DNA of 64,000 nucleotides, from positions 248,001 through 312,000 of the forward strand of contig JBLWGC010000213.1 in assembly GCA_048772705.1 (NCBI GenBank), read 5' to 3'. Shown here one piece after another: positions 11,225 through 24,000 of the stretch. Source of the DNA: Leidyana gryllorum EB-2025a. Its lineage: Eukaryota; Protista; Apicomplexa. Each line of letters opens with the position of its first letter. The first letter of the stretch is position 1. The notes below the pieces were generated by a model. The model was not told the origin of the DNA and did no database searches. It saw only the letters and a program-made list of their open reading frames with translations. The position numbers and the translations under genes are program-made.

Positions 11225-12824
11225 ATGAGGACCCCTCCCTATGGAGGTCTTCGACAAACTATATGTGATTCAGGGATAACATACACACCATCTCAGCCGG
11301 ACAAGTGGCAGTCTCTGCCCGAGGAAGCGGACCAATCAGACTATCAATATGTTGACATATTGGGCGAATGGGTCATTTCGGTACCCCGTGACGGCAACAG
11401 CCCCCCTGTCTATGTGCAAACGGCGAATAATGCTGTCTTTATCTGTGACGAACAGGGCAACCTCCAACCGTTGGTTCCTGAGGAGGGCCAGAGCGTGATT
11501 GAAGACGCTGATATTGGGAGGGACACTGTTGGGGGGCAATTGGAGGCCGAGCCTTCTCAGCAGGTTGCTGACGATGCAGAAGTTGGAAGCGGTGCTCGGA
11601 GCGGTGCTGAGGATCTTGGCAGCGATGAGGATCTTGGCAGCGATGAGGCAAACAACAGTCCGGAGGCGGATGATGGTTTCACTCTCGATCTCATAGGAGA
11701 CGTGGTTGCTGGGACGGTTGCATCCACTGAGGTGAGTCCGTCTCAGGCGTTATTTTTAACAACTGAATCCAGTCCGATAAATATCATAGTCGCGAGCGAC
11801 TGATCGTGCCGACTGATGTGTTTGATGACGAGAGCGATTTCGACTGCACGTGGACGGCCCTCTACGAGGGTTCGAGCTCAGGAAGGTAAAAGAAGCGGTT
11901 TTCAGTTGTTCTGACGTGTGTGCAGATCTGCTGAATTCATTGCGGACAAGCTGGTGCCCAGCTACTTGAGCACATTGCGAGCCACATACCTGCGTTGCAA
12001 GCAGCAGCAGGAGTCCCGGGGACGCGATGCGAAGAGGCCGCGAATTGACTCGGCGGCAGCTACGGCGCGGGAGGAGAGTTTCCTGAAATCCGGAACTATT
12101 GAAGAAAGCGTGCCGTTTGCGGCGCTGGAATCGAACCTGGCGAAAGGACTGAAGCAGGCGAACCATAACTGTGTACAGTTTTTGAAGAAGCACCACCCCA
12201 AAGACGACGATGGTGAGTTGAAGGATCATTTCTTTCGGTCTCAATAATGAGTCAGTGTCACAAAGCACCGGCATTATTCTGGGGGGTCCCGATGCTGAGG
12301 GTCTACTTCGCATGATCACTTACAATCTGGGGGGCTGTCGAGCATTTGTTTGTCAGGTAGGCTTCGTTCTATTGGAGAGGGATTCGCATTCAATTGGAAA
12401 GGGTTCGGAAGTCACCGAGTTGACCGAAGCCAATCAGGGCCGTTTGGGCAATAGAGACGAGGGACAGTTGCACATTTACACTCGCACTCGGGTGGTCGAC
12501 CTGGAGCACGACGATTGGGTTTTCATCGGTAGTTCAACAGTTTGGAAGGTTCTGACTCCTTCGAGGGTGAATCAGCTCGTCAGAACCGCATTGAGGGAGT
12601 CGTTTGAAGGTTTCCTGGAGGACGCTCGTCACCGTTTTGATGAGGCGGATGCATCGAATATGGAGGAATGGTTCACATCCGAAGCGAAGAATTGGCTTCG
12701 CAATCTCGATGTCAGTGAAATCCTTGAGAATTCGGTCTTGAATCAGATCAAAGGGGGGGGTGGTGCTCTCACTTTGATGATCTTTGGGTGGAGGCCTTTA
12801 GAAAGCCTTATTGGGGGCGCATGA
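11225..12824 (+). CDS. PP2C/PPM-fold protein, probable pseudophosphatase, multi-exon
   Basis: Spliced product shows PPM motifs in order but degenerate: ALYEGSSSGRSAEFIADKL (cf. vFDGHGG..aaeF), STGIILG, TYNLGGCRAFVC (cf. NlGDSRAvl), WVFIGSSTVWKVLT (cf. lilaSDGLWDvl), GGALTLMI (cf. DNiTv). Confidence 0.62.
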
Positions 12825-12839
12825 TAACTGCTGCAACAT

Positions 12840-15208
12840 CTAACTAATGGCTGCTGGAGGTGAAGGATGCAAGGTGGAACAAGTCGACTGATCCGTTGCT
12901 GAATCCGCTAGTGACCCATCGTGCTCTGCGCGATAATTAACATGAATATCTCCTCACGACACTCACTGACTCTGGCTCCAACCGCTGGGGGAGTTGCTGT
13001 CACATACAGCTCATCCAACCCCATTGGCTGCGTTGGAAGACTCGACAGTCGTCGGCGAGTGGCCACACTGCGCCGAGGACAGCTCCGACTCCGGCGAGCG
13101 GCAGCCGCCGCAGCACTCAGCTGCTCACCCGCCATGACGTGCTCTTGAGCCCACACCTGGTATTGAGCATCAAAGACGCGGAAAGCGTCCATGTGCTTGA
13201 CGTTCAAATCCTGCAACGCAAAGCAAAGACAGTGTCGAGTAGATGAATTACAGAGTTGGAACGTACGAAGGAGAAGTCTGCGTAGAGTGACGCTTCATCG
13301 TTTCGCGGGGGACTTCGTGCCCTGTTGTGTGTTCTACCTCCCTGATGTCGAGCAATTACGGTGTCCAGGTCGTCTTGTCCTCTACTGTAGATGAAGTCTT
13401 CTGATATTTTACGAGCCTCAGCTGCACTCATAGTTTCTCCCTTCCGATGACGCTCATGAATTATGAAGGCAGTGAGTTTCCTGCATTTGTCAGGAAGGTC
13501 GATAGAAGCAATGACTTCCTGTAGCAGAGGGTCATTTGAACCCCTTTTGAGCAATTCTTGGTTAAGAACCTCAATACAAGCTTTAGAGCTGCGCGCTGCA
13601 CTTTTTGAGTGCTCGCTGTACACACTTCCGATCATCAACAGAATCTTCCGCGCGCCGTCGCCTTCGTCAACTAAACACTCCAGGCAACTGTGTGGCTGAT
13701 ATAGCGCAGAAGGTATTAGTAACACACGCGTGTCTCCCATGAAATTAGATCGTGTGTGTGGCTTACCAACATGTGATCAACCTGCTCTTCGCCTGTCAAT
13801 ACCATTGCAGCGAACTTCAGCACACCAGCAGCGATCAAGTGATAAGAAAAGTCGATGGACTGATGGTGAGCCATGAACACTTCTGCTAAGAAGATCGAAC
13901 ACGCTTCGATGGGTGTTTTGCCTATTGCTTCCTTGGTTCCGGGGTACCATCCTCCACGCTTGATGTCCATGATCGCATCTCCTACACGACCTTCTCCAAG
14001 ATTTTCCCCGCAACCATCGCAGACAGTGCACCAGCACTGTCTGGCATGAAGCGGCGTATTTCCCTGACGCGATCTATGTATTCGGACGGCTCGAGCTTCG
14101 CAGAAAAAGCGGATCAGAAACTCCAGAATAGTGGGAACCTGCGTGTACTTTGAGATGGAATTGGTGTCGGGCGGTTTGACTGACATTAATGCGGAATTCG
14201 AGGACCGCTAACATTCTTTGTTCCCACAATCGAATGTCCTTGGCAGCGATCGTACGATCAGAAGCTGTGCAGATATCGTCCGAATGTATGATCCATACAT
14301 CTTCAATCTTTGAGGCTAGCGCCAGGGCAGCGGCTCCAGCGACCTACGCGGTTGGTGGAATAGTAAGCGTTTGATTGCGTACATTTATGCATTGAGAGAG
14401 TTTTTGTTTGGCCTCCCGGGTCCCATGTTTGATGACTTTGCTCGCAAAGCGGTCCAGAGTCGCGACGGCCAGGTGGAGGGTGAAAGGAGATAGAGAGCTG
14501 AGTTTGCGTGTGCAATAGACGAAGAAGTTTACTATTCGCCACCGCGAAGCCGGACTAATGGATGTCGAGGCGAGAACCCAGTTTTTATCGGGTCGAACGC
14601 TCCGCTAACGAGAGTCATTCATGCGATATGAGTGAGCTTACTGCCACGCTTTTGAGATTCTGTAGCCCTGGGAAAACCAGTCGCTGGCTGCAGCTGATGA
14701 TCTCATGGAGACGATCAGTGAACTCGTTGTTGATCAATAATTCCTCATCGGTCGGGAGGCATTTGCAGCAGTAGGCACTGCGGCAGTCCTTTGGGCGGGC
14801 AGTGAGTGTGGGCAGGCCGGGCAGGAGAGGACTCTCGGCAAAGTACGCAGGTGTCACGGCATCGTTCTCTATATCAGGTTTACGTTTGGGTGGTTTGCGA
14901 GGCGAGGGGCGTGTTTCAAGGAGCGGGGGTTGGTTCTCTTGATTGTCTGCCGCTGCGGGATATTTCGCTTTGAGGAAGGCAGCAGTGTTGATCAAATGGT
15001 CGGTGTTCTTGCCTCCTCCTTCGAGGGGAGCCGAGATCTTTCGAGTGCCACTGGTGGTCTTAGTTGGACTCCGATTATTATTGACGAGGTCAGCAGCAGG
15101 GGCCACACTATTCCGAACGCGCCGTCTCTTAGTGGCTCGAAAGGTACTTGTTATTGACACTGTTTCCCCTGCTTCATCAGGGCCAGCACGCTTGGCTCGA
15201 CCCGCCAT
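12840..15208 (-). CDS. A/B-type (group I) cell-cycle cyclin, about 7 exons
   Basis: Exons 14604-14383, 14343-14185 and 14138 onward splice (GT-AG) to RWRIVNFF..FTLHLAVATLDRFAS..VAGAAALALASKIEDV..IRLWEQRMLAVLEFRINVPTILEFLIRF, a cyclin box. Second fold: IFLAEVFM..FSYHLIAAG. Confidence 0.85.
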
Positions 15209-15242
15209 ATAATTAAGAGGGCATCTCTTTTTTTGACTACCT

Positions 15243-18161
15243 ATGCGAGTTGAGGAACCTATTTCAGAGGTGTTTGATCAAGCCTCCGACTGGAAAGAGG
15301 TGATGCCTTTCCTTTGGCCCCGCCAATGATCTCAACAATAACAGAGGGAGGGCTGGTCATCCGCCGCAGCGGCTTGGCTGGCGCGAGGTGCCGCTACTGG
15401 TGCAATATTATGTATGCCCTTAGGACCACTCGGATTTATGTGTGGAGGCATCGCTGGTGGGGGGCTGACGGTCGCTTTTGGTTTATTGGCGGATTGGATT
15501 CGTTTCACGTCGAGACGTCGTCAAGCTCTCAGCCGAGAGGCTCAATTGGAGAATATGCTCCGATGGGCAGAATTCGTGTTTAGCCGCTCTGAAGATCCTC
15601 CTCAGGTATTCCTGTATCTTGTGTCGGAGTTGGAGGTATGTTCTGAAAACTCCACGCCACGGAGCTAATCACACCCGCTGCAGAGCACTGTTCGGCTTGC
15701 TCCAGAAAGCAGAACAGCAGCTGGAATCAACAAGAGATTCAAGGAGTTTCTTGTGAGATGGGACGTCCAAAGTGTGGCGTCCGATTGTCTCGTCGACTTC
15801 TTCTCGCATTGGCGAACAGCCTCTCCTCAGGAAGTGGCAACGTGTAGACGTCTATGTTATGTGAGTCAAAGTCACTCCCGAGACCACCGACATATATACG
15901 CCGCCACCGCCGCGCCCCCCTCAGACTTGCTCCAGAGCTTTCTGGGGAGAAAAGAGAGTTCCTCGGGTGTATGACAGGATGCGCGATTTGCTGCAGGAGC
16001 CCGAAGTGCGCAGATTGTTCGCCTCTGCTGACGACGTGAGACACAGATCTTCTGCCACACACCCGCACACACACGCCAATCTATCTCCAGATGCAAGCCA
16101 CAACTTCTCGAGACGATTGGGCCATGATCGCTGATCTCAAAGGGCATAAAGTTGATCAACTCTTCAAACGGGACGTGGCCTTACGATTTGGCCTCATCAA
16201 GGAAGCACGGAGATCTGAACCCAATCGAATGTTGTCCGACTATGAGCGCCTGTCCTCGGCCCCCATACGATCGGCGAGTAGTCGAGTCTTCCATCCGCTC
16301 CCGCCCGACTCAGCCAACACCGCTCCCCTCGTCGACTCCACCTCTCAGGAGATGGACCCCAATAATGCTCATCCAGTACATCAATCTTCTCTCACTATTA
16401 GATCTGGCGTCTCTGATCCCGACATTGGGGAAGCTCTCAAAGTTCCGCATTCCGGGTGGGTCTGCACCGACGCCGCTCTGACCTCTAAGTATCCTTCCGT
16501 TCGCAGCCCCGGGACGCAGCGCTCGCCTCGACCCAGCGAAGATCAACCACCCCCCACAACCGGAATATTGAAGCGGCAGTGGACCGGCACCTCCGGCTTC
16601 TTAGTACCCTCACGTTGTCCCCATCCTTTCCTGCGAGAACACTCGGCGACTCCCGAGGTACGTGTGGTGTGTGTGTGTGTGTGTGTGTGTGTTTTGAGTT
16701 GGTGATGACCGATTGCACTTGCAGGCGACCGACGACCACGTTCCCATTGAAATTGGGGAGGGTAGCGCGTCCCCGAGTCCTTTGATAGTGGCTGAGATGG
16801 TCCCGACTGCGAGTGGGACGAAAGTGGGCGGCCCGAGTCCGAGTGTTCGGCCGTCGGGCGGCAACCTCATTGAAGCGCCCGTCAAGGAGGAGGAAGACTC
16901 GGTGTCCATCCCTATAATGGTTCCTGAACGGACTGGCGACGAAATGGAGGAAAAAGCTCCCGAAGTCGACCCAGACGAGACCAGTGAGCGTAATCGATCT
17001 GGATCTGGAACAAAGCTACGGACCCAAACGTCTCTGCGAGAGCTGAGGGACGAAATTCGTCGTAGCATCAATGAAGCTGCATCAATGACTGGTGCCGCTG
17101 ACCAAGACGTCCTGGGGCAGACCGTTCGCAGTGAGTGTTTGCTGGCCTCATCATCGGAGGTGGCCTTGGACAATCATCACCACCTTGATCGCAGGGCCGC
17201 CTGAGGAGCCTGCTGAACAGCAGTTCTTCAAAAACTTGCAGGATCTGATGGACTTTTCCCCCGAGCTGAAACATAAGATACCAATGTGAGTGGCTGTAAC
17301 ATTACTGATGACGTCGTGTGTTCAGTGGTAAATACGAGTTCCAATTTCTCAATGAACTAGAACCTGAACTGCCCAACGATAAGACATGGGATAAGGTCAG
17401 CGACAAGAATCGAACCCGAATATATAAACGCGTCGTAACTGTGGCTGGGTCCGATCTGGTGATGGTCAAGGGATATGCAGCTATGGATGGAATTCCGGCC
17501 GAGTGGGTGCTCTGGAATATTCGCGACACGCCCCGGAGAACCTCCTGGTATGATATGGCAGTTGAAAGTATTTTCCCCATTTAAACCCCCACAGGGATAA
17601 GACTTTCGACGGGTTCATACTAGTGGAAGGTGATATACAAGGGAATGAAATGGTTTACAATGCAATTCGCGCCCCGTGGCCTGCAACCGATAGAGACTTT
17701 TTGCAATGGCGCCGTACGGAATTCGAGGCCAACGGTGAGGCGGGGAGTGAGTGCTTCAAGTCACATCTTCTTCGTTTCGCATCTCAGATGTCATCAAGAT
17801 CTTACACAGGTCTGCTGAACATCCTGGTTTCCCGGAGAGCGACTCTTCGAAGATAATTAGGGCTGAGAGCCTGATTTCTGGTGAGCGGCGATCAGTCTGT
17901 TTGCTATCGGACGACTCCTCAGCGTACATCATCCGCCCTCGAGGCCATGACTCGTGTGATCTATTCCTGGTCACTCAGACTGACATCAAAGGCATGGTCC
18001 CTCGGTGGCTCGTCAATGCCACGGCCGCCAAAGCCCCACAAGGATGGATAGAGAATCTGCGCAAGGCTTGCCGTGAGTCGGTGGGGTGGGGCAGACCCTT
18101 GCCAGCCTACAGCCCGAGACCCCTGTATGCTAATGGAATAAAGGTTCAGATGACCCCTTAG
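15243..18161 (+). CDS. START-domain lipid-transfer protein with N-terminal Gly-rich hydrophobic segment, multi-exon
   Basis: Canonical introns join MRVEEP.. / GAATGAILCMPLGPLGFMCGGIAGGG / disordered middle / START motifs WDKV..IYKR, RRTSWDKTF, APWPATDRDF, TQTDIKGMVPRWLVN. The last exon is uncertain (stop near 18141 or at 18161). Confidence 0.75.
16667..16692. repeat. (GT)n microsatellite in an intron of the START gene
   Basis: About 13 GT units between donor GTACGT and acceptor TGCAG. Confidence 0.9.
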
Positions 18162-18194
18162 CTTCTGATATTCTTTCTGTGTAAAAAAATTGAG

Positions 18195-21078
18195 ATGAGT
18201 AGGGGACAGGAGGCTACCAACCAGACTCGCGAGTCGCCGTTGACGTTGAACACTGAAGCCTTGTTGGCCCACCTCAAGAATTTGCAGCATAAAACACGCC
18301 CACTCAATGAGCCGGTCGATGGAGATGACTACGATGAAATCGAAGAGGGCGAAAACTCCGAAATCATTTCCGAGCACCTCCAGCAACTAGGCTCCCGCCT
18401 CGAACTGGGCTTCCCGGGACAGATCTTGCCGGAGGATCAACGCAGCGAAGAAGGTGCCGGCGATGCCAAACCCAGTTGGGCCGCTTTGGCTTCCCAGTCG
18501 GTGAGTTCGCCCTTTCTGTGCCCCCCTCACCACTCTCTCGTTGCCCCCGCAGTTGTTGCACGCCGATCAGAATGCCCGATCCACATATCTCGAGAGACTC
18601 CCCATCGCGGGAACCGTTCGTCAGTCTCAACGCGGCAGCATTGCGGGAGAAACTATCGCTCCCCAAGATGCCAAGTCTGTCGATGATCAATTGGCCTCAC
18701 AGGCCCCCTCCATTGCTCGCGCTGTGGCCGGCACTCCTGCCTTCTCCACCCTCCGGGAATCACCATTGATCGGGCCCATGAGCAGTCCGGACGCCAGTCA
18801 GGGGGCCACAACTGCCGTAACCCCTCCGGCTACCTATCAGCCGAACGTGTCAGCACATCCATCCACACAACCGATGGCCAGCTCGTCCAGCGCCGACCTG
18901 GCCAGTTATATCCGCTTGGTGCTTCCCAGTGGCACTTTGGCACAGCGAGCGCGCCTGGACTCGGAAACGGTGAATGCAGTGAAACTCATCACGCAGGGGC
19001 TGAATATGAGGAGCCGATTCACCTGGAAGTATCACATTTATGATTCTCGAGTGGTCCATGGCCGAGCCCTCCCTCCTCCCGGGGAAGTATACTACGGTTC
19101 CAGAGAGCCCATTTTCTGTCCTCAAGACTGTCCTATACTGCCGAACCTCAATGGTTCGGTTGAAATGGCTGATGGTGTATTGGTTATCCGCACAGATATG
19201 TCTGCCTGTCCCCCCTCACCTCATTCTGCAAGTCAAGTAGTCGATGAGAACTTGCCAATTTTGGGCAAGGGCCAGATTCCTTCCTCGACGGAATTCGTCA
19301 ATGCTCTCAATGAACTTATGGCCATCACCCATCACCCAGCCGTTCGAACTCTGGCGTTCCAACGTCTTCGGTATCTCGAAGAGCGCTTCAGCTTCCATTT
19401 GCTCTTCAATGGGAATCAAGAGATCGCAGATGTCCGCAACAATAACCACCGAGACTTCTACAATGTTCGCAAGGTCGACACTCACGTCCATCACAGCGCT
19501 TCTATGACACAGAAGCATCTCCTCCGTTTCATCAGGTAAACAAGATGCACTCTGTCGTCAGGGGATCTAAAGTTCGAACACGTGTGTGCAAATGTGATTG
19601 CTTGTGCAGACGTAAGTATCGTATGGAAGGCAACACGGTGGTGGCTGAGAACGCCCAGGGTGAACCAATAACGCTGGCTGAGATTTTCCAACACGAGTTG
19701 GGTTTGAGCGCCTGGGAAACTTCCATTGACCATCTCAATGTCCACGCTCTGAACAGTTGCTTCCATCGTTTCGATCTCTTCAACAGCAAGTAAGGCTTAA
19801 GCACCGAGTGCAGCAAGTGCACTGACCTTTGTGCCCGCAGATATAATCCGTTTGGAACTGCTTTGCTGCGGGAAGTGTTTCTGAAGACGGACAATAAGAT
19901 TGGGGGCCGTTATCTGGCGGAGCTGACTCGAGAAGTTATGGATGATTTGGAGGAGCAAAAGTATCAGCACGTGGAGTGGCGTATCTCAATCTATGGACAC
20001 AGCAAGAGCGAGTGGAAGAAATTGGCTTTGTGGATTAAGAACAACAAACTTTACAGCAAGAATGTTCGGTGGATCATTCAAGTTCCGAGATTATATCATG
20101 TTTATCGGAAACGAGGGGTCGTGAGCTCCATGAAAGACTTTTTGAGCAATGTATTTGAGCCGGTCGCCGAAGCCATTCTTCGTCCTCAGGATCACCCCGA
20201 GATCTTCGAGATGCTCCACAGTGTCGTGGGATGGGACAGCGTGGACGATGAGTCGGTATCGAGCAAGTTCACCCTCGCTGGCGGTCACATGCCACTGCCT
20301 GAGGAGTGGACCGGAATGGAGAATCCGCCCTACGCCTACTGGTGCTACTATATGTACGCCAACATCCGAGCCCTCAACCTGCTGTTGCAGAAACGAGAGA
20401 TGAATGCGATGCCGTTCAGACCCCATTGCGGAGAGACCGGAAGTGTCAGCCACTTGGCCGCCGCCGGTCTGCTCGCCGATGGCATCAATCACGGCATCAT
20501 GCTGCGCAAATCTCCCGTGCTGCAGTATCTGTACTATCTGTGGCAGATTGGCCTGGCCATGTCGCCCCTCTCCAACAACGCCTTGTTCCACGAGATGACA
20601 AAGAGTCCCGTGAATTCGTTCTTCCGGATCGGGCTGAACGTCTCGCTGAGTTCAGACGACCCCCTCATGTTCCACTTCACTGATGAAGCTTTGCTGGAAG
20701 AGTACTCCGTCTGTGCTCACGTATGGAAATTAACTCCGGTCGATCTATGTGAACTGGCCCGCAATTCAGTATTGCAGTCCAGCTACGAACCGCAATACAA
20801 ACGTCACTGGGTCGGCCCCAAATACTACAAGAAAGGTCCCAGAGGTGAGTTCTGCAACTACTCCGAGGTCGGCTCTTTCACTAACATAATTCTCCCCACC
20901 AGGCAACCGGATGGACTGCACTAACGTGCCCGATATGCGACTGGCATACCGAGAAGAGACTTTGAAGGAGGAATTGAAGTTCCTGCGAGATGTTTTAGTG
21001 ACATTCGACGAAGAGCCCAGGGAAAGCCCTATAACACGGGTCGCTAGCTCCCATCCCCCGTCTCAGGAGGAGGAATGA
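18195..21078 (+). CDS. AMPD: AMP deaminase, 4 introns
   Basis: HRDFYNVRKVDTHVHHSA, FHRFDLFNSKYNP, LREVFLKTDN, EWRISIYG, FRPHCGETG, SPLSNNALF, VSLSSDDPLMFH, LLEEYS, DLCELARNSV. Confidence 0.97.
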
Positions 21079-21079
21079 T

Positions 21080-24000
21080 TTAGATTCGTATTTTGACAAG
21101 TCTGCCATTGAGACTCAAGATCACCACATGCGACGGTCGGATGAAGGTCGATGACAGATACGTAGAGTGGGGAGAGCCCTCCTTATTTCCGGTACCAGCA
21201 GCCCCACTTCCATCGCGAGTGGTTATGTTGGCCAGAAAGTGACCAATACTGTCCAGCGCACCAATCACCGAGATACGCGTACCCTCCTGCCCGTCACTCG
21301 GACTGGCCGAGGTCGGCACCTCACGCATCAGCCGCAGTGATGGAATGGTACCACTTTCCGGATTGCTCCTCAAATCCACAGCATCGAACACCCACATCTA
21401 CAGCACCCACCACAAATATATAAGTGTCCTCGTTCACCTCTCATCCAAACGTACCGTACAGTTCTCTCCAATCGCAATCAGCCGACAACTCAGAGTGCAC
21501 AGGAACAGCTTCCGGATAGCAATCGGTCGCACAGCCGCCCCTTTCTTTGTTGGAGCCGGGGGGACTCCCGCACCCTGCCAAACCTCACCTGCCTCTCTTG
21601 GCGGCACGGGCACAGGAGGATTGTGCACACAGGTAATCACTCCCGACGTCACAGACATAGTCCGAATGCATCCTTCCTTCGTCGCGTAGATCAATAGCTC
21701 CCGCGCGGGCCAGAACTGCAAACAATCATCACACACACACCGCTCTCTGTCTCTTACCACAATATCAGTCGGATGATCCAACTTGCTGAAAGCAAAGTCT
21801 GCCAACAACAGACTCGGCCGCAGCATCGGTCCGCCTGATAGATTAGGAACGGACTTGTTAAAGTCCCACAAACACAGGGCGCCTGTGTCGTCCACCTGCT
21901 TCATTATGTGTTGGAACGCACTGTGGAACTCGCTCGCTCCCTTCATACACTCTCCAACACCTGGATGATGGATAGCAGGTGACGCCAGTGTGTATCCATC
22001 GCCACTGTTCCATAAAGTATGGTTGGATGAGGTCGATTCGGTCTCCCCCTGGTTGGTTCGTGACCCTTGGAGAACTGAGAAAGCTGGGCCCAGTCCCCGC
22101 CCAGCGGTCACCAGGAAGGGCGCCACCTGATCAGTTGCCAATATTGACGCCAGCCGTGCCGCTTTGTGAGCCCTGAACATCAGCACAGGCAACCCATGAG
22201 CCATGTGGACGTCGGGTGAAATCGTATTTGGCCCCAACAGCCGGGCACGATGCAGCAGCTGCTCGTCTGCCGCGTTCACATTGCCGCCACCAGTGCGAAC
22301 TCTCCATCCCAAGATCCAGCCGCCATCTCCGCTGGTAACCAGCATGTCGCCCATTGTTGACCATTCCAGCGACATTATCTCGCCGACATCTGCGAGTGTC
22401 AGAGTGAACGGAGTGGTGTTCACAGTTGCCGCAGGTGGATTCGTCGAGCATTCTGGGACTGCATTCAGCGGACTCTGAGGAGATCGAGCCGAGCCAGCCG
22501 ATGCCGGGTGCGAGCCGGCATTCATATCCATACTTGATGGGCTGCCTACCCCGAACGTCTTACTCGTATTGCGACGGTTTCCGTGTCCAGCAGCCATAGC
22601 AGATGTACCCCGATGGGTAACGACCACACGTGTCTTGTCACCCGCAGCTATGCCCAGCTGCCCAAGTAACTGGAATCGGGCGGCCCGATGCTCCGTACTG
22701 GGTGTTGCGTCGAGATATTCAAACACCATCAAAGTCACGAGGCCGAGGACCGACGCCCCAGCCGGTTGAGGGGCATTGGGAGGTACAACGCCAGCAATAA
22801 CTGGGAGGTAAGGGTGTGCAGCCAAAACTTGGAATTGTGTGTCGTGTGCGGAGACGCAAGGTTGATGAGTGTTTGCAGCGTTGGGAGGTGCGAGCAGCTC
22901 AGGTGGTAGGGTAGAGGCTCGGATAGCCGCAACAGATGTAGCAACCGCACGACGCGTGTATTGCTGAATGATAACCTTCCACCATCGGATGACCGTTTCA
23001 GCAGTTGTTCCCACTCTTGGCCTCCGAGACGGTTGGAATCCCTCTGACACCCGACAAGACTCGAGGGAGCGCTGCCAGGCTGCATTGATGCTGCCGAGAA
23101 TGAGATGGCCGAATGTGTCGAAAACATTCTCCTTGACGCGTAGATCCATGCACTATAAAAGGAGGTTGACTGGCAGGCGTAATTACAGGTCTTACCTCTA
23201 CTGGGTCACAGAGGGCGGCGAAGAGCCCATGGAAAGGTAACTCGCGCATTCCTCTAGTTGTTGCAATGGAAAGCATAGTGGCAAAGGAGCGTTGTACCCA
23301 TGGGGCCATAGCCACGCCGGGGGCACCAAGATAGGGTAGAAGCATATGATTCGGACGGCCATGAAGAAGCGGGGCGGTCAGATTGAGGGCCACCATTGCG
23401 ACCGGACAGTACACTGCCGTTGTCGTTCCCTCGTCGCCTGCCGTGGCCGGGGACAGCAGATCCCCACTGGTGGTGCCGCCTGGATCCCGTTGATGAATGA
23501 GGTGGAACTTGCCAGAGCCGGCCCCTTCAACAGACTGGAACGCCGAGATTACCAAAGCGGAGGTCTCGCTGGTCCTATGGGGCGGTAAACTGGCCATACC
23601 CCACCCGCAGGGATGGCAGTGGCCGGTGAGTCCACGAAGTAAGAACAACTTGAGTTTGGGAGAGGGGTCTAACAAGCTCCACATTCGGCTAAGATGCGGA
23701 TGATCCAAGTACTCGGCGGTGAAGACGTCCCACTGATCAAACTGATTGAAGAGACACGCCATTCCGGCCGCTGCACTGCCAATTTGCGACGAAAAGAAAT
23801 CGAAGCTCTGACGTACCATCAATCTGAGATAGGATAGCGATGAACTCGCTCTCCACAATCTCGGCCTGAGAATGCACACAGAACACAGTGAGCCTCCTCT
23901 CGATCCATCGGAAGTGTGGGAGTGTTGGAGGCACTGATGTGGCGTGGAAGGATGAGCTGCGATGGGATGAGGGTTGCCACGGGCGATAAAAGTGGAGTGC

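Noticed and set aside
12840-15208. WAPL-like call from NNEFTDRLHEII and helical C-terminal segments
   Set aside because: Splicing the small internal exons gives a clear cyclin box.
3368-21078. ADSS plus AMP deaminase as a purine-cycle gene cluster
   Set aside because: 13 kb and seven unrelated genes apart; adenylosuccinate lyase is absent.
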